DNA of 64,000 bases from Bacillota bacterium. Lineage in GTDB: Bacteria; Bacillota; Clostridia; Christensenellales; SZUA-584. Shown one piece after another: positions 56,533 through 64,000 of this stretch. The position numbers were made by a program, and so were the translations under genes. The stretch is from the NCBI GenBank assembly GCA_023399095.1, contig JAEWQS010000189.1, positions 16,243 through 80,242 of the forward strand, given 5' to 3'. The notes under the pieces are model-generated. The model made no database searches and was not told the origin of the DNA. It saw only the letters and a list, made by a program, of their open reading frames with translations. Each line of letters begins with the position of its first letter. Within the stretch, counting starts at the first letter, position 1.

Positions 56533-57981
56533 ATGAAAAACGACATTGGCGTGATCGGTCTTGCGGTGATGGGAGAAAACCTTGTGCTGAATATGGAGAG
56601 CAAAGGGTTTTCCGTTAGCATATACAACAGAACGACGGACAAGGTAACCGGATTTATTGAAGGCCGCGCAAGAGGCAAACGAATCACAGGTGCATATTCG
56701 CTCGGAGAGCTGGTCGCATCGCTGGGAACACCGCGCCAGGTCATGCTCATGGTCAAGGCGGGGAAAGCGGTGGATGAATATATCCACAGACTCATTCCGC
56801 TGCTTGAAGAGGGCGATATCATCATTGACGGTGGCAATTCACATTTCATTGATACCATACGGCGGACAGAATATGTGCAAAGCAAGGGGCTGCTGTATGT
56901 CGGCACTGGCGTGAGCGGCGGCGAGGAGGGCGCACTTAATGGACCGTCTATGATGCCGGGAGGGTCTCCCGAGGCATGGCCGCATGTGAATCCTATATTC
57001 CAGTCGATATGCGCCAAGGTGGAAGACGGCGTACCCTGCTGTGATTGGGTAGGCGAAACGGGCGCGGGTCATTTTGTGAAGATGGTGCACAATGGCATTG
57101 AATACGGCGATATGCAGCTAATTTGCGAAGTGTATCAGATTATGCGCGATATGCTTGGCATGAGCGCGGATGAGATGCACGAGGTGTTTAAGGCATGGAA
57201 CCAGACGGAGTTGAACAGCTATCTGATTGAGATCACAGCCGACATTTTAGGGTATAAAGACGAGGACGGACAGCCGCTGATCGATAAGATACTTGACAGC
57301 GCGGGGCAAAAGGGCACCGGCAAGTGGACGGCAATTGCGGCGCTCAATGAAGGCGTGCCGCTGAATCTGATTGGTGAAGCGGTTTTTGCGCGTTGTCTTT
57401 CTGCGATCAAGGACGAGCGTGTGACTGCGGCGCACGCATATGGCTTAAAAAGACTCAGCTTCAAAGGTGATAAGCAGGCGATGCTCGAAGACTTGAGAAA
57501 AACGCTGTATGCGTCCAAAATCATCTCATACGCGCAAGGGTACGCGCTGATGCGCGCGGCGGCAAACAGCTATGGCTGGAATCTGAATTATGGCGGCATT
57601 GCGCTGATGTGGCGCGGCGGGTGTATAATCCGCAGCGTTTTTCTTGATAAAATAAAGGAAGCTTTTGAGCTCGATCCAAGTCTTCCTAATTTGCTGCTGG
57701 ATCCATATTTTAAAACCACAATTGAGCAGCTTTTGCCCGCTTGGCGCAACGTGGCGGCGGAAGCGATTCGGCACGGTGTGCCTATGCCTGCGCTTTGCGC
57801 GGCGCTGAATGACTTCGACGGCTACACATGCGAAGCTTTGCCTGCGAACCTGCTTCAGGCCCAGCGTGATTATTTTGGTGCGCACATGTATGAGCGCATT
57901 GACGCGCCGAGAGGCACTTTTTTTCACACCAACTGGACGGGCGAGGGCGGCGATACGGCAGCGACAACATACAATGTGTAA
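56533..57981 (+). CDS. gnd: 6-phosphogluconate dehydrogenase (decarboxylating)
   Basis: IGVIGLAVMGENL, GGNSHF, GVSGGEEGA, GAGHFVKMVHNGIEYGDMQ, RDYFGAH. Confidence 0.93.
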   Translation: MKNDIGVIGLAVMGENLVLNMESKGFSVSIYNRTTDKVTGFIEGRARGKRITGAYSLGELVASLGTPRQVMLMVKAGKAVDEYIHRLIPLLEEGDIIIDGGNSHFIDTIRRTEYVQSKGLLYVGTGVSGGEEGALNGPSMMPGGSPEAWPHVNPIFQSICAKVEDGVPCCDWVGETGAGHFVKMVHNGIEYGDMQLICEVYQIMRDMLGMSADEMHEVFKAWNQTELNSYLIEITADILGYKDEDGQPLIDKILDSAGQKGTGKWTAIAALNEGVPLNLIGEAVFARCLSAIKDERVTAAHAYGLKRLSFKGDKQAMLEDLRKTLYASKIISYAQGYALMRAAANSYGWNLNYGGIALMWRGGCIIRSVFLDKIKEAFELDPSLPNLLLDPYFKTTIEQLLPAWRNVAAEAIRHGVPMPALCAALNDFDGYTCEALPANLLQAQRDYFGAHMYERIDAPRGTFFHTNWTGEGGDTAATTYNV

Positions 57982-58017
57982 AGTAATGAACTTTGAGGTC
58001 TGCATTTGAAAGGCCTT

Positions 58018-58245
58018 CGGACTTTCAAAAATCCCTTAAATATAATATGTGGGCAAGACGGGCTATGATTTACCCCAAAAAGCACGGCTTTTCGGGGACC
58101 CCAATCCCGCGCAAGCCCACACCTTGGATCAACCTCAAAAAAGCAACGCTTTTTGAGGACCCCGGGATTTTGCGCAGTTTCCAAGTCTATGAGGAACAAG
58201 CAAAACCGGTAAACTGGCGGTAAACCGTAGGTTTTTCGACAAACT
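58018..58245. repeat. Dispersed intergenic repeat, long copy with two extra related hairpin modules
   Basis: Same blocks as 51031..51183, plus the inserts ccccaaaaagcacggcttttcggggacccc and cctcaaaaaagcaacgctttttgaggacccc. Confidence 0.85.
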
Positions 58246-58286
58246 TAAATAATATGTAAATAATTCTTTTTCTTTGGCTGCAGGTG

Positions 58287-58315
58287 TTGAACTGAAAGGG
58301 AAATGGTGCTAAAAT
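58287..58315 (+). promoter_or_regulatory. Candidate sigma-A promoter of htpG (ttgaac, 17 nt, extended -10 tgctaaaat)
   Basis: Hexamers and spacing read directly. It lies immediately upstream of the CIRCE element. Confidence 0.55.
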
Positions 58316-58320
58316 ACTTT

Positions 58321-58347
58321 TTAGCACTCAGAACATAAGAGTGCTAA
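58321..58347. promoter_or_regulatory. CIRCE operator (HrcA binding site)
   Basis: TTAGCACTC-N9-GAGTGCTAA, a perfect match to the CIRCE consensus, 30 nt upstream of the htpG start. Confidence 0.88.
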
Positions 58348-58376
58348 CAAAAACATTGATAAAGGAGACGGTGAGA

Positions 58377-60257
58377 ATGTCAAAAAAGCAGTTTAAAGCC
58401 GAATCAAAACAGCTGCTGAATCTCATGATTCACTCAATCTATACGCACAAAGAGATATTTTTAAGGGAGCTGATTTCCAACGCGAGCGATGCGATCGACA
58501 AAATCTATTACAAGGCATTAACGGACGAATCCATCAGCTTTAACAGTGCGGATTATTACATAAAGCTGATACCCAATAAAACGAGCAGGACATTGCGCAT
58601 GATCGATATGGGTATCGGCATGACCAAGGAAGAGCTGGAAAGCAATCTTGGCACCATCGCCAAGAGCGGCTCATTAAATTTCAAGAAAGAAAACGAAATA
58701 AAAGACGGCTACGATATCATCGGACAGTTTGGCGTGGGCTTTTATTCTGCGTTTATGGTGGCAGACAAGGTGACCGTGGTCAGCCGGGCGCTGGGCAGTG
58801 AAGAGGGCTTCAAATGGGAGTCTGAAGGGGTCAGCGGTTATACCATCGAACCCTGTGCCAAAGAGAGCGTGGGAACGGAGATCATCCTGCACATCAAAGA
58901 AAACGCCGATGATGAAAACTTCGACGAGTTTTTGGAGGAGTATCGTCTGCGTTCCCTCGTGAAGAAATATTCCGATTTTATCCGCTATCCCATCAAAATG
59001 GATATGCAGGAGAGCCGCCTCAAAGAGGGCACCAAGGACGAGTATGAAACCGTCGTGGAAGAACAGGTGCTTAACAGCATGGTACCGATTTGGCGCAAAA
59101 ACAAAGCCGAGCTCACGGATGAAGACTACGAGCAGTTCTATTCCGAGAAACATTTCGGGTTTGATAAGCCTGTCTCGCATTTGCACATCAAAACCGAGGG
59201 TACGGTGCGCTACAATGCGATTCTTTTTATCCCGGAAAAGACGCCGTATGATTTTTACACCAAGGATTTCGAAAAAGGGCTGGAGCTATACGCGAGCGGC
59301 GTGCTCATCATGAACAAGTGCGCGGATCTGCTGCCGGATTATTTCAGCTTTGTGCGCGGCATGGTGGAATCAGACGATCTGTCTCTCAACATATCAAGAG
59401 AGTTGTTGCAGCATAACCGTCAGCTCAAGCTGATCGCTAAGAATATCAAAAACAAAATCAAATCTGAGCTGGAAGGTCTGCTAAAGAACGATCGCGAGAA
59501 GTATGAGGCATTTTATCAGTCCTTCGGCAGACAATTAAAATTCGGTACGTACAACAGCTTCGGCGCGGACAAGGAAGATTTGCAGGATCTGCTCATGTTC
59601 TACTCGTCGTCTGAGAAAAAGATGGTCACGCTCGCCGAATACGTGGATCGCATGAAGGAAGATCAGAAGTTCATTTACTATGCGGCGGGTGAATCCGTGG
59701 AACGTATCGATAAAATGCCGCAGACCGAGATGGTGCTCGACAAGGGCTATGAAATTCTGTATCTTACCGAGGACGTGGACGAATTTGCGGTTCAGGTGCT
59801 CATGAATTACAAGGAGAAGGAATTTAAGTCCGTATCGGCCAGCGATGTGGACATTGAGACGGAAGAGGAAAAGAAGGAGACGCAGACTCAAGCACAAGAC
59901 GATAAGGCGCTCTTTGATAAGATGAAGGAGCTGCTTGGCGATAAAATCAAGGATATCCGCTTATCCAAACGGCTCAAAACGCATCCTGTGTGCCTCATCA
60001 GCGAAGGCCATGTGTCCATCGAAATGGAAAAGATATTAAAGACAATGCCGGGCAATCAGAACATCGCGGCGGAAAAGGTGCTGGAACTGAATCCGGGTCA
60101 CGATGTCTATACCGCACTCAAAGACGCGTTTGAGCATGATGAAGAAAAGTTCAAGCTCTTTACAGACCTGCTGTATAATCAGGCGCTGCTGATGGAGGGA
60201 CTCAGCGTGGAAGACCCGCTTTCGTTCAGCAACAACATCTGCAAGCTGATGGCGTAA
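58377..60257 (+). CDS. htpG: Molecular chaperone HtpG (Hsp90)
   Basis: ATG 58377 behind aaaggag (the ORF opens at 58341). [21 protein letters not shown], and colinear middle and C-terminal domains. Confidence 0.93.
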   Translation: MSKKQFKAESKQLLNLMIHSIYTHKEIFLRELISNASDAIDKIYYKALTDESISFNSADYYIKLIPNKTSRTLRMIDMGIGMTKEELESNLGTIAKSGSLNFKKENEIKDGYDIIGQFGVGFYSAFMVADKVTVVSRALGSEEGFKWESEGVSGYTIEPCAKESVGTEIILHIKENADDENFDEFLEEYRLRSLVKKYSDFIRYPIKMDMQESRLKEGTKDEYETVVEEQVLNSMVPIWRKNKAELTDEDYEQFYSEKHFGFDKPVSHLHIKTEGTVRYNAILFIPEKTPYDFYTKDFEKGLELYASGVLIMNKCADLLPDYFSFVRGMVESDDLSLNISRELLQHNRQLKLIAKNIKNKIKSELEGLLKNDREKYEAFYQSFGRQLKFGTYNSFGADKEDLQDLLMFYSSSEKKMVTLAEYVDRMKEDQKFIYYAAGESVERIDKMPQTEMVLDKGYEILYLTEDVDEFAVQVLMNYKEKEFKSVSASDVDIETEEEKKETQTQAQDDKALFDKMKELLGDKIKDIRLSKRLKTHPVCLISEGHVSIEMEKILKTMPGNQNIAAEKVLELNPGHDVYTALKDAFEHDEEKFKLFTDLLYNQALLMEGLSVEDPLSFSNNICKLMA

Positions 60258-60271
60258 GGAAAGGGAGCGCA

Positions 60272-60787
60272 ATGCGTGTATTTATCGGCGTGAAGACGGG
60301 CTGTGAAGACCACCTGTCGGCATTGCAGCAGGAGCTAAAGGAACTTGGCAGCGGCAATTTCACAAGCAGGACAAACCTGCATATGACGCTTAAATTTCTG
60401 GGTGAGGTATCCGCAGCCAAGAACGACGGCATTTGTGAAGCGATAAGCGAAGCGCAAAAAGGAACCTTGAAGCTGACTTGTGAGGGTTTGCAAGTTTTCG
60501 GCAGAGATATCGTATCGGTAAAGGTGGGCGGGGAGCGAGATAAGCTTTCCGCCCTCTATGACAGCCTGGAAGCGGCGCTTGAGAAACGCGGCTTTGAGAA
60601 GGAGACAAGACGCTTTCGTCCGCATATCACGCTGGTGCGCAAATTTCGTCCGCTCGGCGCAATTGATGTGGCTTGCATTCCAGTTAAGCCTGCTTCTTTT
60701 CAGGTGAACGAAGTGATATTGTTTGAAAGCACACGCGAAGAGGGCAAGCTGATCTATAAACCATTGCAACGCTATCAGTTAATCTAA
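60272..60787 (+). CDS. thpR: RNA 2',3'-cyclic phosphodiesterase (2H phosphoesterase, LigT/ThpR)
   Basis: Two HxT/S motifs (LHMTLKFLG and PHITLVR) in a 171-aa protein. Confidence 0.75.
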   Translation: MRVFIGVKTGCEDHLSALQQELKELGSGNFTSRTNLHMTLKFLGEVSAAKNDGICEAISEAQKGTLKLTCEGLQVFGRDIVSVKVGGERDKLSALYDSLEAALEKRGFEKETRRFRPHITLVRKFRPLGAIDVACIPVKPASFQVNEVILFESTREEGKLIYKPLQRYQLI

Positions 60788-60851
60788 GAAAATTGCAAAT
60801 AAAGCGTCTTCCACATAGTATAAATGAGACGATTGGGGAGGCGCTTTTTTA

Positions 60852-61342
60852 ATGGCACTGGCAACTTATGATCGGGATGCGGCGGTTGCGTACGCACGCA
60901 AGTGGGCGTTGTCTCGTAACCCCAAATATTATGATTATGAAAAACTTGGCGGAGACTGCACCAACTTTGTGTCGCAGTGCCTTTACGCGGGCGGCGGCGT
61001 GATGAACTATAAGCCGACGTTTGGCTGGTATTACTTCAGCGCCAACAACCACTCGCCGTCGTGGACGGGTGTGCCATACCTTTATAACTTCCTTGTGCGA
61101 AAATCTGGCGTGGGGCATGTCGGCAAAGAGGTCTCCATGGATGAGGTGCAGGCGAGGGACATCTCACAGTTTGCGGGCACATCGTCGCGCTTTTCCCATA
61201 CACAGTCTTATCGGTGGACAAGGGAGCGGGGCTGGACGGTATCCGTGTCGCCACACATACGTTTGACAGTCTTGACCGCTCTCTCTCTTCAAACCAGTTC
61301 TTAAACATTCGTTTCATCCATATTCTCGGCGTGAGAAAGTAG
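60852..61342 (+). pseudogene. Putative amidase-domain (papain-like Cys) protein with an apparent frameshift
   Basis: The N-terminal 115 aa are well formed (GGDCTNFVSQCLYAGG, FGWYY, WTGVPYLYNF). After about 61200 the annotated frame becomes non-protein-like. Another frame reads VLSVDKGAGLDGIRVATHTFDSLDRSLSSNQFLNIRFIHILGVRK and stops at 61340-61342. Confidence 0.5.
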
Positions 61343-62251
61343 CAACTTTTGCTTCGTTTCTTTTTTTATGCCAATCAGCGCCATACCGCATATCACGAGT
61401 GCACCGCCTGCCCATTGCTCGAAGCCCGCATGCTCGCCGAGCAGCAGCACGGAGAGCAACAGCGACGTAAACGGCATCATGCCGGTAAACGCGGCGGCTG
61501 TGCTGGCATTACAGCGTTTGATGCCCGCGTACCAGCAGATAAAGGCAAGCGCCGTCACGAACACGCCGTACCAGATGAGCGCGAGCCATTCCGTCATGCC
61601 AAGGGCGCCCAGCTTTTCAATAGGCTGTTCAAACATCATCGGAACAATACAGAAAACGAGCGCGAGTGCCGATACCAGCGTGGTTTGTACGATCGGATTG
61701 AGCGGAGCATGTTTTTCGGCTTTTACGGCACTGACGCGTGACATGATGTTAAACGCAGATTCACTTGCCGCGGCACCGATGACGAGCAGATTTCCCAGTA
61801 AGTGCTCGGCAGACAGATGGCTTGTGGCTAGCCCCTGTATGAGCAGCACACCGCCGACGGTGCATATGACGCCCGCTAGACTGTGCGGTGAGACACGTTC
61901 CTTGAGAAAGACCCATGCGAGCACGGCGGTGATGGCGGGCGTGGCGCCTGTCAGCAGCCCCGCTTCGCCAGTGCTCGTGCGCAGGATTCCCTGAAGCAGA
62001 AACAACCGAAAAAGGAATATGCCGAACAGCGCCTGCAGCAATAGCATCACAACATCTGCGCGGCGCATTTGTTTGATTGTCTGTTTCAGCTTGCCTGCGC
62101 AGAGCGGAATCAGCGCAATCAGCGCGAAGACAAGGCTTACCGCCGTAATAGTGAATGTGCCGACATGGCCGGATAAGAGTCTTGCGGAGATCACTGACGA
62201 GCCTGCAAGCGCAAACGCCCCGGTAAGATAGAGTGGTCCGGACAATTTCAA
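61301..62251 (-). CDS. EamA/DMT-family transporter
   Basis: 316 aa with about 10 TM segments in two EamA-like halves. TTG start behind gggagga. Confidence 0.8.
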   Translation of the reverse strand: MKLSGPLYLTGAFALAGSSVISARLLSGHVGTFTITAVSLVFALIALIPLCAGKLKQTIKQMRRADVVMLLLQALFGIFLFRLFLLQGILRTSTGEAGLLTGATPAITAVLAWVFLKERVSPHSLAGVICTVGGVLLIQGLATSHLSAEHLLGNLLVIGAAASESAFNIMSRVSAVKAEKHAPLNPIVQTTLVSALALVFCIVPMMFEQPIEKLGALGMTEWLALIWYGVFVTALAFICWYAGIKRCNASTAAAFTGMMPFTSLLLSVLLLGEHAGFEQWAGGALVICGMALIGIKKETKQKLLLSHAENMDETNV

Positions 62252-62305
62252 AGTTTTTCCTCCCTGCTGTTTTCAAAAGCCGTTATTCTGTGATATGATT
62301 CTACC

Positions 62306-62323
62306 AAGCAAACTGGTTTGCTT
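62306..62323. promoter_or_regulatory. Palindrome aagcaaac-tg-gtttgctt in the EamA/MocR divergent region (candidate operator)
   Basis: Perfect 8-bp arms read directly. The function is an inference from position. Confidence 0.25.
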
Positions 62324-62370
62324 AAAGCACCAGTATGGCGCGAATTTGAGCAGGCCAGTAGGAGGCTGTC

Positions 62371-63768
62371 ATGTGGGGAATCGAGCTAAACAGGGAAAGC
62401 GATGTGCCAATTAAGCGGCAGATATACGACGCCTTTAAGCATCGCATGATGAACGGAAGCTTCAAGGAGGGAGACGTGATGCCCTCCACACGAGAGCTCG
62501 CGTCGGCGCTGTCTGTGTCGCGGAGCACCGCTTGCGAGGCATACGATATGCTGCTCGCCGAAGGCTTTATCATTGCGCATCAGGGTGCGCCCACGCGCGT
62601 GGCGCCCGGGCTGATTGTGGACTCAAATCCTGAGCAAAAGCCTCGAAGAAAAGCGCGAAGCGAAAAGAAGTACGCGGCGGACTTTAAAACAGGGCAGCCC
62701 GATTTGCGCGCGTTTCCGCGTTTCTCGTTTGAGCAGAGCCTCAAAAAAGCCACAACAGAGCTGTCGCTTGCGTCTTTTGGCTATTCGGGTGCACAGGGGT
62801 CGCTGCCATTGCGTGAAGAGATCGCGGCATATCTTTATCGCAGTCGCGGCATAAAAGCAGACCCACAGGATATATTCATCACCGCAGGGGCGACACATGC
62901 GCTGCACGTGCTCGCCGAACTGCTCGCAGAGCAGAGCAGCGACATACTCATTGAAGACCCGTGTCACACTGGCATGCTCCAAGCCTTTGTGCTCAGAGGC
63001 TTGACGCCCATACCCGTTCCCGTGGATGAATCGGGCATGCGCACGGATAAGCTTGAAGCAGTACGTGGTTGCCCTGTATATGTCACGCCGTCGCATCAGT
63101 TTCCCTTGGGCGCCATTCTGAGCGCCACGCGGCGGGCCGCGCTGATACGATTCGCCCGTGAACATGAAAGCTACGTGATCGAGGACGATTACGACAGCGA
63201 GTTCCGTTATGAAGGCGAGCCTATCGCGCCGCTTTACGTGATGGATCCGCAGCGGGTGATCTACGTGGGTACGTTCAGCAAGGTGCTTTATCCCGCGCTT
63301 CGCATCGGCTATGTGATACTGCCGCGTCAGCTGCAAAAACGCTGGATCAAGCTTCGCACCTACACAGACGTGCAGAATCCCGTGTTTGAGCAGGCCGCGC
63401 TGACCGACTTTTTGCAAACGCGTAGGCTGGATCGGCATATCCAGAAAATGCGCAAGCTCTACGGCGCGCGCCGCCGAATACTGCTCAAAAGCCTTGGCGA
63501 CGCGTTCGGGGATTCATGGCGGCCCTGGGGAGATGCCGCGGGGCTTCATATTGCCGTGAAATTTGATGGGCTGCGCTTTGACCAGAACGTCGAGGCCATA
63601 TGCCGTGAACAGGGTGTCCGCATCTCATCGGTTGCGCGATACTGTATCGAAAAGGGGCGGCATGAAGACAAGCTGCTGCTCGGATATGGGCATTTGAACA
63701 ATGACGAGATAGAAAAAGGCGTCCGGCTGCTATGTATCGCCATGTGCGGATACCTGCCGCAAATATAG
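62371..63768 (+). CDS. MocR/PdxR-type regulator (GntR HTH fused to a fold-type-I aminotransferase domain)
   Basis: wHTH is PSTRELASALSVSRSTACEAYDML. Aminotransferase core with the PLP-Lys context GTFSKVLYPALRIGY. Confidence 0.88.
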   Translation: MWGIELNRESDVPIKRQIYDAFKHRMMNGSFKEGDVMPSTRELASALSVSRSTACEAYDMLLAEGFIIAHQGAPTRVAPGLIVDSNPEQKPRRKARSEKKYAADFKTGQPDLRAFPRFSFEQSLKKATTELSLASFGYSGAQGSLPLREEIAAYLYRSRGIKADPQDIFITAGATHALHVLAELLAEQSSDILIEDPCHTGMLQAFVLRGLTPIPVPVDESGMRTDKLEAVRGCPVYVTPSHQFPLGAILSATRRAALIRFAREHESYVIEDDYDSEFRYEGEPIAPLYVMDPQRVIYVGTFSKVLYPALRIGYVILPRQLQKRWIKLRTYTDVQNPVFEQAALTDFLQTRRLDRHIQKMRKLYGARRRILLKSLGDAFGDSWRPWGDAAGLHIAVKFDGLRFDQNVEAICREQGVRISSVARYCIEKGRHEDKLLLGYGHLNNDEIEKGVRLLCIAMCGYLPQI

Positions 63769-63868
63769 GATAACGGCTTTAATCCGAACTTTACACGAAA
63801 TTTCTTGTATTATTGCCGTCAAAAGCTTATAATCATTTGCGTTCAACAATAGAGAAACTGGGGTAACT

Positions 63869-64000
63869 ATGCATAAACAAGAGAATATAAGGAACATTGC
63901 GATCGTGGCACACGTTGATCATGGCAAAACAACGCTTGTCGATCAGATGCTGCGGCAGTCAGGCATATTTCGTGTCAATGAAGTGGTGCGTGAGCGCGTG
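63869..64000 (+). CDS. typA: Translational GTPase TypA/BipA, N-terminal 44 codons (continues beyond the window)
   Basis: [34 protein letters not shown] has a G1 motif and context typical of TypA. Confidence 0.8.
   Translation, partial: MHKQENIRNIAIVAHVDHGKTTLVDQMLRQSGIFRVNEVVRERV

Overview
This is a 64-kb chromosomal segment that looks like a Clostridia-type Gram-positive anaerobe. That reading is an inference from strong AGGAGG-type ribosome binding sites (RBS), ATGA-coupled operons, a perfect CIRCE operator and lipoprotein solute-binding proteins. I recognised no rRNA, tRNA, CRISPR array, transposase or integrase.

Layout:
- 1-11.8 kb: carbohydrate and aldehyde metabolism. Genes include a partial MDR dehydrogenase, a cyclase, a LacI regulator, an aldo/keto reductase (AKR), a cupin, an NAD-aldehyde dehydrogenase, an SDR and a flavin-reductase-like protein. 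A tight operon follows, encoding a long divergent transaldolase/FSA-like protein, a DapA-family aldolase, a D-2-hydroxyacid dehydrogenase and a PfkB kinase.
- 12.2-23.4 kb: a complete bacterial microcompartment (BMC) locus, the most interesting system in the window. It has 3 BMC-H, 1 PduT-like BMC-T and 3 BMC-P shell genes, plus PduL, an acylating aldehyde dehydrogenase and a PduS-like Fe-S flavoprotein. It also has a SorC-family regulator, two Zn-dependent sugar(-phosphate) dehydrogenases and two deoxyribose-phosphate aldolase (DERA) paralogs. The DERA copies carry encapsulation-peptide-like N-termini. There is no B12-dependent or glycyl-radical signature enzyme, so the locus fits the experimentally uncharacterised sugar-phosphate-utilisation (SPU) class.
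- 23.5-32.5 kb: a LacI-controlled ABC transporter with an AraA-family isomerase paralog, a VOC protein and an FGGY kinase, for an unknown sugar.
- 33.5-47 kb: a YesN/YesM/binding-protein three-component sensor, a YtfQRT/YjfF-like ABC transporter and ribulokinase-araA-araD.
- 47-64 kb: mixed genes. These are GT2, an E2-like acyltransferase with an acyl-CoA ligase, VOC, an MmyB-like regulator, an acyltransferase-3, a GH3 beta-glucosidase, gnd, CIRCE-controlled htpG, thpR, an EamA transporter, a MocR regulator and the 5' end of typA.

Other observations: two apparent frameshifted genes, a dispersed ~150-210 bp intergenic repeat, a local 136-bp-offset duplication and tandem repeats in lipoprotein linkers.

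All functional calls rest on motifs read by eye. No database search was run.
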